Source of the DNA: Octopus vulgaris
Lineage: Eukaryota
Direction: 5' to 3'
Assembly (NCBI GenBank): GCA_951406725.2
Contig: OX597823.1
Location: 98,332,001-98,396,000, forward strand
Length of the DNA: 64,000 bases
Part shown: positions 25,300 through 37,623 of the stretch, one piece after another
How positions within the stretch are numbered: position 1 is the first letter of the stretch
Layout: every line of letters starts with the position of its first letter
The notes under the pieces: model-generated
Database searches by the model: none
The model's input: the letters and a program-made list of their open reading frames with translations, nothing else
Told to the model about the DNA's origin: nothing
Made by a program: the position numbers and the translations under genes

Positions 25300-27180
25300 T
25301 ATTCTAGCAGCTATGCTCTCAGAGCATCCACTCCCACTACTGACTTGGTCACCTTGGTAATGGAAGCTATAAAACTACATCTAGTTTTCCCCCCTGGCAT
25401 GTGATGGAATCTGTTTTCTGTACATCTTCAGTGTTTATTGCACCTGTTCATCTACCACACACAAAAACTGTCTTCCCAGTTAACCTTCCTTTGATATTGC
25501 TGCACCTCTTATGTGTCCATTGCTTACACTGGGTACATCCTATGGAGTTTCTACCTATGCCTTTTCTACAGATCAAGCAGGGCTTGAAGGGATTTGTGAT
25601 TTGTCTGCCTTTCTCCTTATTAAGACTTTGGTTTTTACTAGATTGACTCTAAGGCCCTTTGATTCTAGACCTTGCTTCTACATCTGAAACTTCTCTAGTT
25701 CTGGTAGTGACTCAGCTATTAGAGCAAGGTCATCAGCATAAAGGAGCTCCCAGGGGGCAGCCTGTCTTGAATTCCTCAGTTATTGCCTGAAGGACTATGA
25801 TGAATAAGAGGGGGCTGAGGACTGATCCTTGGTGGAGCCCTACTTCTACCTGGAATTCTTCACTATACTCATTGCCAACCCTCACCTTACTGACAGCATC
25901 CCTGTACATAGCTTGTACAGTTCTCACCAACCACTCATCTATCCTTAGTTCCACATTGACTGCCAAATAAAAGATCGGGGGTCTCTGTCAAAGGCTTTCT
26001 CCATGTCAGTGAAAGCCAAGTACAGAGGTTTATCTTTGGCTTGGAATTTCTCCAGCAGCTGTCTTACCGGAAATATAGCATCAGTGGTGCTTCTCCTTGG
26101 CACAAACCCAAACTGCATCATGTCTAAATTAACTCTCTCCCTAATTAGTTGGGCTGTGACCATTTCTGTGATTTTCATCACCTGATCCAACAACTTGATA
26201 CCTCTGTAATTATTTCTGTGTAATGTGTCATCTTTACTTTTGTAGTAGTTGACTATGGTGCTGCTACACCAGTCATTGGGTACGACTTCTTCATGTATCA
26301 CCTGGTTGACTCTTTGGGTGACTAGACTATAGCCTACACTCCCAGATAGTTTAAGCATCTCAGCAGTGATTCCTGATGGGCTGTGGGCTTTCCCTCTCTT
26401 CATACCCTTAATTGCTTTATCTACCAAGGTACTGTCAATTTGAATAGCTGGTCCCTATGCTGGGTCAACATTTGGCAGACTCTCTTTCTCCCATTCATTC
26501 TCTTCATTTAGTAACCTTTCATAGTGGCATCTCCAAGTCTCTCTTTGCAGCATCATTAAATGCAAGTGAGCCATCATCCATGCAGATACATTTCTCTCTG
26601 ATGACATCATAATTTTCTCTCATACACTGTCTGGCAATATGGAACACTTCAAGTTTCTGGTCCTCATGATGCAGAACATTGGCAAATGTTTTCTAACCTG
26701 CTTCCCCTCTTGCTATGTAAACCTGTCTCCTAGCTTCCCTTCTGGCAATCTGATACAATTCCTTACTACCACCACACTTCCAGTCTTTCCATGCCTGTTT
26801 CTCTACTCTAATGGCTCTGTCAACTACATTGTTCCACCACCATGTTACCTTAGGTCGAAAGGGGACTTTGCACCAGACACAGATCTGGTCAGTACCTCTT
26901 AACAGCTTGTTCCATATGAACCTACAGTTGTCCTCCACATTATGTATGCTATTTCCTCCTCTTTTTTTGTCAAAAGCTCCAAGTAACATGTCTCTAAATC
27001 TCTGTCTATTCAGAAGATCCTTAAGCTTCTAGCCCCTTCTTTTCCATGCTGGTCATATGGGCAGCTATTTAGCCCCAATTCTGAAGTCGCTAACTACTAA
27101 CCTATGTTGTGGGGTGCATTCTTCACCTGGGAAAGCTTTGGCATTTATAAGTAGCCATCTTCCCCGTTTCCTGGCCAGCC
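25300..27180 (-). mobile_element. RTE LINE internal segment (end of APE, RT, PHD insert), decayed
   Basis: TWWWNNVVD, NNYRGIKLL, QFGFVPRRSTTDAIF, DMEKAFDR, GLHQGSVLSPLLF, YADD; many frameshifts. Confidence 0.92.
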
Positions 27181-28518
27181 CCAAGGAAAAACTAAGCTAC
27201 GAGCATTAGATTTCTTGGAAAAAGGATTGAATGTATACAAAACAAGGACAGAAAAACGGACAATGTTACACGAATATAAATACAAAAAATAATACGAATA
27301 TATTTACAAAAAACAATAATAATAATAATAATAATAATAACAGGACAAAACAACATATATATATATGGAGATGTACTTGCATAGCAAGTGACCTGACCTG
27401 AGATTGTGTGCTGGAATGAAAACAATTGCAGCGTGGAAACACACACACACACACATATATATAAATTCAAATAAAGGTTACACATCTCATTAAGGGATAA
27501 TAAAATCCAAAGAATATACTGATTTATTACCTATAACAAGAAATATTGAATATTACAATTAATATTCAACTAGAAGGTAACTGGATTGTCCAGGATTTAT
27601 ATTTTTAAGAAAATAAGAAAATAGAGAGATAATTAAGTTAATAATTATTTATTAATTATAAAATAGGACATCATCTCTGATTCAAGACTTTTAGAAATTA
27701 ATTATATTAATTAAAAACATTTAAAAGCCGAATCTCATTGGAAGTGGCTAATGACATGCTATTACATTTTCATGTTCCATTTGTTGAATGTATGGCTCCA
27801 AACAGTTAACTGGTAAATGTTATGTAGAAAGAACATGGTAGGAACTGTACAAAGGGGAGGAAGGCAGTATCTCTATCAAAGTTATTATGAAAAAGAAATA
27901 GAAATAAAGAATAGGATATGATATTAAAACAATATATCTCTCTAGAGTATTGAATAAAAGAAATTGTGAAAGTGGATATAACAATGTAACAGCAGTATAT
28001 TATAAATAGTTATTAATATTATAGATAGGTAGTATTTAAAATTAATATAGTGAACTAATAAAATAAAATAAAAGTGCATTATAATATAATATAAATAAAA
28101 TAGAGATAAAATAAAGATGAACGAAGCCTAAAATAAAGTAAAGTAATAAAATAAAGTCGAATGTAGGATAGATTATTGAGTAGACAAGTGACAATTTGTT
28201 TTTATGGAAGTATATACATAAACATTAGGTAACACGCACATATATACACAACATTAAGTATTTAAATATAGGCAAATAATTTAATATATACTTCTCCATA
28301 ACTTAGAGTGCGCTTCATTGTTCAGATTTGTGTTTTTACAGATGATATATATATATCATCATCATCATCATCGTTTAATGTCCGCTTTCCATGCTAGCAT
28401 GGGTTGGACGATTTTGACTGAGGGCTGGCGAACCAGATGGCTGCACCAGGCTCCAATCTTGATTTGGCAGAGTTTCTACAGCTGGATGCCCTTACTAATG
28501 CCCACCACTCCGAGAGTG

Positions 28519-28552
<34 letters not shown>

Positions 28553-28586
28553 GATGAGTGAATTTTTCCCTTGTTAACATTTCTTC

Positions 28587-28673
28587 ACTTCTCTGAAGAG
28601 AAGATTACATTGTTTTACACCATTTTATTCCTTTGGGATAATATTAAGGAAATCTTCGAAGCATGTCGGAAGT
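28587..28673 (+). ncRNA. Hammerhead ribozyme motif from a Penelope terminal repeat
   Basis: Stem I acttct/ggaagt, CTGAAGA, stem II gaagatt/aatcttc, GAAG (A15.1>G), CATGTC with a GUC site. The flanks are homologous to 36295-36420 on the minus strand. Confidence 0.65.
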
Positions 28674-28768
28674 AAAAGTATTTGAATTATACCTGCTTTA
28701 AACTCCATATATATATATATATATATATATATATGGATATAAAAAGATATATATATATTTTTGTTTTC

Positions 28769-30578
28769 TCTAGTTTCAGCTCAGAGCTGCGGCCATGGCG
28801 ATGCACCGCCGTTTTGCGCTACACTGTTATTACTAAGAGCCTTCTCTAATATATGGCACTTGGTGAAGAATGGAGTTTGATATAGCTACCCTCATTTGCA
28901 CCTCTTGCCGTGAGGTAGGTTCATTTGGGACTCTCAACAGGAAGATGTCCAGCTTTGATTTAAAAACCCCTATATCTACTTTGTGCAAGTTCCTCAGACT
29001 CTTTGAGAGAATATTAAAAAGCTGTGGGCCCTTGAAACCCAGGCTGTTGCAGAAGCTGGTCCTGAAGTGTGATGGCATTGCTGAGATCTTTGGCACTATG
29101 CAGTGTTGTCCTGTTCTGGCATTGGTGTAGCTTTCAATGCCAAAATTTGGCACAATTCCTTCCAGGATCTTCCAGATATATATTATTGCATACCTCTCCC
29201 GTCTTCTCTCCAGGGAGTAGAGTCTTAGCTGTTTCAGCCTTTCTCAGTAGCTGAGCTGTTGCAAAGAGACGATCTTCTTTGTAAATCTTCTCTGGATTGC
29301 TTCAAGGTCCGCAGTAATTTCACACTGGTTGGTGACCATAGCTGTGAGCAGTAATCCAGGCGGCTGAGGACGAATGTCCGCCAGAGGACCATCATGGTTT
29401 CCTCATCTCTGGTTCTGAATGTTCTTAGGATCCATCCAGCCAGTCGTCTGCACCTTGTCACCATCCTGGTAATGTGCACTTGGAAAGAGGTATCATCACT
29501 CATGTTGATACCCAGGTCCCTCACAGACTTAGGCTCTGGGATTGAAATTCCCTGTGGACCGGTGTACCCTGTAAGTTTCATATTCAGTTTTTGATGCTGG
29601 TAGCACAGAGCTTGGAATTTTTCAGCATTAAACTGCATATTATTATCCTCAGCCCATCTGTAAATTGAGTCCAACTCCTGCTGCAGGTGTGCAACATCGC
29701 TGGGGTTTTGTATTTTCTGCAGGACTTTCGTATCATCTGCATAGCTTGTGAGGGTGGCTATCCTGGCATTTGAGGGCATATCTGCGAGAGCCACTATAAA
29801 AAGCAGTGGTCCCAAGACAGTGCCCTGTGGAACACCGCTCACTATTTGTGTGTTCATAGAGGTGGCTCCATTAGCCACTACTGCCTGACTCCTATCTTTC
29901 AGAAAGTCATGTAACCACTCTCCAAGTTTTCCAACTATGCCAAAGTTATACAGTTTGTGGCTTATCATACCATGATCCACTTTGTTAAAAGCTTTTGCAA
30001 AATCAAGGTATATTAAGTCCACTTTTGATTTGTTGAGTAACTGCCTCAACACGCAGTCATAATGTTGTAAGAGCTTGGTCAGGCAGCTCCTACCTGGTCG
30101 AAAACCATGTCGGGTATCACAATATAGTTTTTTTTTTCAAGGAATGCAATTAGTTTCCCTCTGACTATCCGTTCCATGACTTTGCTGATGCGTGAAGTCA
30201 GAGAGATAGGCCTATAGTTTTTGGCATCTGCTCTACTTCCCCCTTTATGTATTGGGCATATTATTCCCTCCTTCAGCTTGCTTGGCAGTTTGCCATTTGT
30301 AAGAAAGCTCTGGAAGAGAATCTGGAGGGGTTTTGCCAGGGCATGCTTACACGATTTGAGGAGGATTGCTGGGAAACCATCAGGACCAGCAATTGAGTTT
30401 GTGTCCACTTCATCTATGGCTAGTAGTATATCTTTTTCACTAATGTCAATGTATTCCATTGTAACTGCCTCACTGGTTATAGGTGAGGCGGCAAAGAAGT
30501 CCACTGGTTTGTTCACTTGTCTGTCTTCCAATGGGGTGGTAAAGACACTTTTGAACTGGTCATTCAGTATCTCACTGA
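28769..30578 (-). mobile_element. CR1/L2-group LINE, 5'-truncated, RT through 3' end
   Basis: AGPDGFP, KNYRPISLTS, YLDFAKAF, SGVPQGTVLGPLLF, SYADDTK, RDLGI, LDYCSQLWSP, GPQLFNIL; few frameshifts; 3' terminal stem-loop. Confidence 0.92.
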
Positions 30579-30607
30579 ATATATATATATATATTATACA
30601 TATATAA

Positions 30608-30651
<44 letters not shown>

Positions 30652-30655
<4 letters not shown>

Positions 30656-30755
30656 CCTGCTCGCTTAGCCAGCGGGGTGGCGTCATTTGAAGGCTAAAAC
30701 AATGCGAAGTGCATTGTGACCAGCAATGTGTAGCAACATCTGATAGCCTGGTCAG
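30652..30755 (+). mobile_element. 3' fragment of the 41147 SINE family between (TA)n tracts
   Basis: Reverse complement of 629-724. Confidence 0.65.
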
Positions 30756-30785
30756 AAAAAAAAAAATATATATTTATATATATAT

Positions 30786-30820
<35 letters not shown>

Positions 30821-30824
30821 ATAA

Positions 30825-31340
30825 ACACTAAACACTGAAAATGTGCAGAGAACAACTTCCGCCACATTCCAGGGAGAAAAACTAGAAGTAGTTGATAGCT
30901 TCTGTTACCTAGGTGACCAAGTCAGTAGCGGGGGAGGGTGCGCTGAAAGTTTAGTTGCTAGAATAAGAATAGCCTGGGCAAAGTTCAGAGAGCTCTTACC
31001 TCTGCTAGTGACAAAGGGCCTCTTGCTCAGAGTAAAAGGCAGACTGTATGACGCATGTGTACGAACAGCCATGCTACATGGCAGTGAAACATGGGCCGTG
31101 ACTGCTGAGGATATGCGTAAGCTCGCAAGGAATGAAGCCAGTTAGCTCCACTGGATGTGTAATGTCAGTGTTCATACTCGGCAGAGTGTAAGTACCTTGA
31201 GAGAAAAGTTGGGCCTAAGAAGCATCAGTTGTGGTGTGCAAGAGAGATGACTGCGCTGGTATGGTCATGTGGCAAGAATGGACGAGGATAGCTGTGTGAA
31301 AAAGTGTCACACCCTAGCGGTTGAGGGAATTTGTGGAAGA
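30825..31340 (+). mobile_element. RTE LINE internal C-terminal fragment
   Basis: LEVVDSFCYLGD...RIRIAWAKFREL...AMLHGSETWA...LRWYGHVARM...GRD; no 3' tail. Confidence 0.88.
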
Positions 31341-32324
31341 GATTTTTTTTTTTCAAATATTGTAGTTATTTTTGTGGTTTTACATTTATTAAATGTAAGA
31401 TTGGAAGTGAAAGATGATGTTCCCAGGTTTATATCAGAGCACATTTACTTTTCTGTTCTTTGGACTAACCTATAAAAGCATGAAAATATAAACGAGAGCA
31501 GCTTGTTATTCTTATTTAACATTTATGTGATTAATAGGAAGGTTGGCATACAATATCCAAATTTGCAAGATCCATGCCATCCATCTCAAGCTGGAATAGA
31601 ATAGAATTAAAAAGGAACAAAACAAAACAAAAAGAAAAGAAATAAGCTGCTTGCCATTCTTTTATCCTTTGTTTAGCTTCTGGATAGCTTTTGTGTTTTT
31701 GTTAATTATATTCAATATGCTGCCGAGTGCTGTTCTGTTTCTAATTTTGTTTCTTAAGACATCTAGTAAGATAGAATACAACCAAACAATTGCTAAAAGT
31801 TCCCCATGTTCTTTTTTCTATGAATAGTATTACAACCACAATCCTTTTTTAATTATTTTTTTTGCAGTAATTCTTTATAGATATGCACATGACATTCAAT
31901 TAGAATTTTTGTTTAAATATCCCACCATTGCTTCTCTTAGTTTAGGATTAATTTTCTCCTAAGAACGTGACTAATTACTCAATCAATACATGTGTTGTAT
32001 TCTTGTCATTTTGTCTGTCAAACTATGATACAGGAAATGTTACACAGGTAATGTGGGAAGCATTCGGTTGAATTAAGGAGAATTAGAGTTGTTGTAAGGG
32101 CTGCTGACAACTGAAAAGTTTCAGGTGGTAATTAAATGAAATCTTTTGTGCATCATTGAAGTTATAGCTTATACAGGCTGATTAGCTTGACACATTTCTC
32201 TTACCTTCCATTAAATTTTACAAAAATATATCCAGTCCCTAAAGAATTGATGTTTGTTTAATAGAATGAACATTTCAGAAACATTAACTAAAAGTTCATA
32301 TTCTCTCTCTCTCCTTCTCTCTCT

Positions 32325-32367
<43 letters not shown>

Positions 32368-32486
32368 TTAGAGATAAAACCATTATTATGCAACTCAGTG
32401 GTTTTATCTCTAATTTATATTTATACTGTGAAATTTGATTTAATACTAAATTGAATTTTTCCCTGTAAGTTTGGAGTTATACTCCC

Positions 32487-32550
<64 letters not shown>

Positions 32551-32978
32551 TATATGTATATATATGTATCATCATCCTCTTCATTGTTTAATGTCCTCCT
32601 TCCTTGCTGGCATGGGTTGGGCAGTTTGACTGGAGCTGGCCAGGCAGGAGTCTATGCCATGCTTCTGTGTTTGTTTTGATATGGCTTTATAGCTGGATGC
32701 TCTTCCACTCTGCAAAGTGGTTGGTGTTAAATGTATGTATGCATGCATGCATGAGTTTTGTTGCCCTAGTAACTGCATCTTTCCAGATGGCGAGTTTTAA
32801 CCTAGTCAACACTCTGCCTCATCACGCCTTCTATGCCTGTGTCAATTTTCAGCTTGATCCGAACACTGGTCTGGCCGCCAACCTCTGACGTAGCAAAATG
32901 TGCACACAATTTTGACCCAAAGCCTCTTATATGATTGATTGATTGATTGATTCTAGTTTCAGCTCATGAGCTGTGGCC

Positions 32979-33730
32979 ATAATGACAATACTTTTGCGAA
33001 ATGATCATATATTATTCTTATTTTTTTTGTAATATTAAATTTATTATCATCAATAATTGATTTAAATTTTACCTTATTTTTATTTTTTATTCCATTATTA
33101 AATGTATGATTCATATTATCATAATACATATTATTATTAAGACCATAGTTACCTAAATAAAACATATCATAATTCAGAAAATTAGGTTTATTATTATAAA
33201 AATCATTTATGTTATAATCCTTTAAATTATAATTATATTTACAAATATTAAAGAAGTTAATATTATTATTATATCCTGCCTCATGCAGGGCTTTATTATT
33301 ATAAATAAATAAAATTAAAAAAATTTAAATTGATATCTTTCAGTTATACAAATAAAAATATACTAGCAATACTTTGACCACCAAAATCAATATCTAATAT
33401 TTATAATTATACTTTCTACATCTCACATATTGAATGCAGGATAAGGTACGGGTTACACAAAATTATCATGGATTACTGCGGTGAACTTACCAATCTGAAA
33501 ACTTAAAAATATTCATACCAATGTCTATGTACCTAAATCAAAGGCAGTAACTTTTAATTTATTTTTCAAAGACACCCTTTCATATATTTTTTCAGATTTT
33601 TAAAATAACATTCAATCTATTATACAAACTTCTACTTTTCCATCTCTGATGAGCAGAAGTATTGCCTATCAATGTGTATCAATTATGGATTCCCTTATAA
33701 TGACAATACTTTTGCGAAATGATCATATAT
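32979..33730. other. AT-rich insert bounded by a perfect 34-bp direct repeat (period 718 bp)
   Basis: ataatgacaatacttttgcgaaatgatcatatat at 32979-33012 and 33697-33730. Confidence 0.8.
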
Positions 33731-33830
33731 ATACATTTATATTTATATTAATACATACAGATATATATATGTAAATACATTTATATATATATATATATTA
33801 ATATATACAGATGTATATATATATATATAT

Positions 33831-36288
33831 AGTAGTGTGAATTCGATACGTCCTGTCGCTTCCTCGTCTATGCTCGAACTATCCCTTCGTCGATGACCAC
33901 AAGTGCGTCCTGCTTGACCTCTTCCGCTTCCTGCGACGCATGCACCCTGCAGTCTTACGCCAGCCCCTGCAAGCCCTACTTCCGCCCGCCTCATCTGTCA
34001 TCCTCTCCACCAACACCACATAGCTCATCACATCCCACAACACTGACTGCCAACACCACACGCCCCCCCCCCCCCCCGATCTACAGATCACTAAACCGGC
34101 TTTCCCACTCACTCCCCGCTCCCGAACTCATGCTTTAACTGGTTTCCTAATCAGCCAACCAGGGAGGAGGGTGCCATTCCCTCTGTGGTCACAGTGCAAC
34201 CCTAGGACTGGTTCCTGGCATGTTGCTGCTGGCTTCATCATCTTGTCTATTGATGTTGTCTTCATCTTCTTGCCTACTGTTGTTTTTATGTTCTTGCCTA
34301 CTGTTGTCTTCATCTTCTTGCCCACTGCTGGTGGTTCCATCCTCTGAGGCATGGACAATCTTCCATATATCCAAACGTGGCATGGCATACCATCGACAGA
34401 GATGTTGTTCTTCGAATTTATAGAGGTTATTGTTCCCTTTCCCCATTGTGATGTACACCGTGTGTTTGGGGGTTTTACCCAAACTTCTTCCCCGACCTGC
34501 ACGAAGGCATGCTCTTCCTCTGCCCTGGATCGCATTGATGCAGTACATGGATGCCTCCACTCGTACCTAAATATTGCCCTGTGTGGCACCGACTCCTCAG
34601 CCTGTCCTGATCTGGGCGACATATTATACCAAAATACAGCCTCGATTGGTGAAATGTGACCCCTCTCTGCCATGGTCTTGATGGTACGATGATGCCTTTC
34701 CACCACCCCATTTCCACTTGGCCAGTATGCCGCCCTGAAGAAGCGGTTGACCTTCCACCCAGCAAGCATTTCTTTCAGCACCTCCGAGCGAAATGCAGTG
34801 CCATTATCCAGAAGCAGTTCATCCACGGGGCTTCGTTCCAGGAATATCTCATTGAATACTTTCACAATTTCCTCTGCGGTCCCCGTCTTCATCTCCCTCC
34901 ATATGGCCAACCGCCCCGGTCCGCAGTCAACCATTGAGAGGTATGTCCCCTGCCAGCAGTGTGTTATGTCCACCACCAGTTGTGGTCCACTGGAATACTT
35001 CCTGCCTCATGTATGCCCAGAGCAGGGTTGATGGACTGGCACCTGTCACAGCTGCTAACCACTCTCTGCACATTCCGTCTTGTTACATTGGAGTCAACTT
35101 TTCTGGCTAGGAACAATATCCTTTCCATCCCCATGTGATGCATGGTATGCAATCTTCGCAACTCCGAGTCACTCAGACGGCATACTGCAGCTACAGCCTG
35201 CTTCGCATCCTCTGGCACCTGCAACCAGGCTCGCTTTACCCTGGTCAGGACATCTGCCCTGTTCTTCTCGGAAGGCACAAAGATCACACTCAGCTTCAGA
35301 TTGAACTCAGTGGTTATTTCACGCAGTATCCCCAAACGACGCTTTACCAGCATCTCTGCATCCCCTTTGGTCCGCACCCTCCACACATTGGTGATGACTG
35401 CTGTCACCCAACCAAGTACAGTGGCTGGCTGAATCAGTCCTGATTTCTATGGTGTGCAACCCCCACTTCAAGGCTAGGTTCACCCCCCCTTCAACACAGC
35501 ATCCAACTCCGCCATATTGATATGATTGCAGTCATCCATCTTCCTGAGCCAGGCTGCATCTTCCACCATGACACTTCCCACTTCTAAGATAATCCCTGTT
35601 GCGATGCTACTGGCGTCACACCATACAATCCCGCTCTTTGATTTGGAAACATACCAACTGCCCCTCACTGGGTCCTTTGCTCTTACTCTGACCAAGACTT
35701 CCTGTATCATGTCAGTCATCTTCTCCCCCACTCTATCGTTCCACTTCACTCCTTCGGCTTGTCTCTTGATGAAGCTACATGCTGTCCGGAGCCATCCTGC
35801 AATCGGGTAGTGTCCCACCAGCTTCCCACACACAAAGAACAGTTCCCGTCTACTCATGCTGGCACCCAGTTCGGGGATCTCATTCCCTCGCCGGAACACC
35901 AATGTGCCGGCCTTGTCTCTCTCCATAGCTTGAGGCCCAGTGCAGCACCTCCCTCCATTGCCTCTGGTGGCTTGGCGATCAGTCCAAAACTCTTCAGGTG
36001 GCCTATGACCTCCGTTGCTGGCATTACGGTTTCATCCATCAGAATATCATCAGTGTATGAATTGGTGGCCTTTTTTACTCTGTCCACCTTTCCCAGGATG
36101 GCCTTGAGAATTGTTGCCATAATCTTTGGTGCTGAATTCAGCCCGAACCCCAACCTGGTCAGACAGTACGTCTGGCCCTTATACCTGACAAGCTGGTACT
36201 TCCACAGTTTCTCAGCCACATGCACCTGTAGGTATGCCGACTTCAAATCAATGATCGTGGAGGCCCCTGTCATCTGCCTCCACTCCAG
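33831..36288 (-). mobile_element. LTR retrotransposon (RT-RNaseH-integrase order; Ty3/Gypsy or BEL-like), 5'-truncated, with PPT and 3' LTR
   Basis: IDLKSAYLQ, LGFGLNSAP, YTDD; WCDAS, NMAELDAV; H..HH...CDRC zinc motif; VDIT, LDNGTAF, NGVVERHHRTIK. G-run PPT at 34063-34077, then an LTR starting TGTGGTG (34060) and ending about 33831. Frameshifted. Confidence 0.9.
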
Positions 36289-36289
36289 T

Positions 36290-37600
36290 AAATAAATGGA
36301 GTTGAGCGCAGGTGTTATTCAAATTCTTTTACTTTCGAGATATGTTTTGAAGACAACACTGGTTTTATTCCAAAGGAATGAACGGTGTAAAATAACGTAA
36401 TCTTCTCACGAGGAAAGAAAGAGAACCTATCTCAACAACAAGACATTATAACTATTCTCTAAGGTGATTCTCTAAGTATCACCTTGTTAACATACTTATA
36501 GAGCGACCTTACAAACGTAAGCACTGGTAGAAACATACCTTTAGCTCATATTTATACCTGTCTGTATAGTCTGTATAGTTTGAACATTTAGTTCACCTTG
36601 CAAGCCTTTGAACATTTTGTCAACCAATATATCCCTCTTTATTGCTCTCTATTTATTATTTCTTTACCCCTTCTCTTCCTATGGTCTGCCTTTGATGTCA
36701 GATCTGTGAGTTTTGATAGTAAAGAGAGAGCTTTTGCTTATTCGAGGCTGCTACAATAGATTCAAAGTTAGGTGAGTTTGAATAAGATAGTTTCAGGGTG
36801 GATCTATTAAAGATAGAATGATATTTATGTTGTCGAGTAAGTTAGAGTCTAGTATTCTAAAGAATGATTTAGCTAAGTGTGGTAAGCGAGACCTGTTATT
36901 GTTAGTTGTTTTATTTGTTTTAGTTTTTGACCTATTGTTAAATGAATGTGTGTGGGTTCTACATTATCTGGGTGCAATGGCTTCCATGGTCTCATCAACT
37001 GTATGTTGGGAGAAGCCGCTAGCAGTGAGTGCTTTATTATAATATGGTACGTGATTATTGAAGATTTCTTCAGTGGAAGAGAGGTCAGATATGCGGGTTG
37101 AGATTCCTTTGATTATATTATTAAAAGTGGATTTGTGGTGATTGGAATGGATGTTAAGGCATTTAAGGTATTGGTTAGGTTTGTGTTAAGGGGAGTATTG
37201 GGATGTTGATAAGTTTAGGGTTGCTTTCAGAAAGTTAGCAGTTTTGTGGGTGTTTTCGAATGTGATAGATAGGTTTAGGTTAGAAAAGAATTTATGTAGG
37301 TCCTTTCTGGTTCTTTCTAAGTAATTAGTAATTAATAAAGCGTCATCCCTATATAGGTCTCCCTTGATATTAGGGAAGCGCTTGTGGAGCTGGTGTAGTA
37401 TATAAAGTCCAACTAAGTCAGTGACCTGAGCTGAATCCGAGGATCCCATGGTTATGTCGAAGAGGTTGCTACGGTTGATGCTATGGTTATTGGCCCGGCA
37501 CCATAGTTTGCTATCAAAAGAAATAAGGGTATTGTGGGCATTAAGTATAATGCTAATTTCTAGTGGAGTTAGGTTAGTAAAGTTTCTAGCAAGAACTATA
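36290..37600 (-). mobile_element. Penelope-like element (RT remnant plus decayed 3' terminal repeat)
   Basis: FDITMGSSDSAQVTDLVGLYIL, LYRDDALL, NFLKATLNL. The 3' end is homologous to the 28560-28710 hammerhead region. Confidence 0.85.
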
Positions 37601-37623
37601 TATATATATATATATATATATCT

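Noticed and set aside
28190-28330. Minus-strand long hairpin followed by ACAAATTGTC, hammerhead-like
   Set aside because: The core is too degenerate to support a call.
32979-33730. Ordinary host NUMT
   Set aside because: I could not match the peptides to any cephalopod mitochondrial gene by eye, so it is kept only as an unexplained insert.
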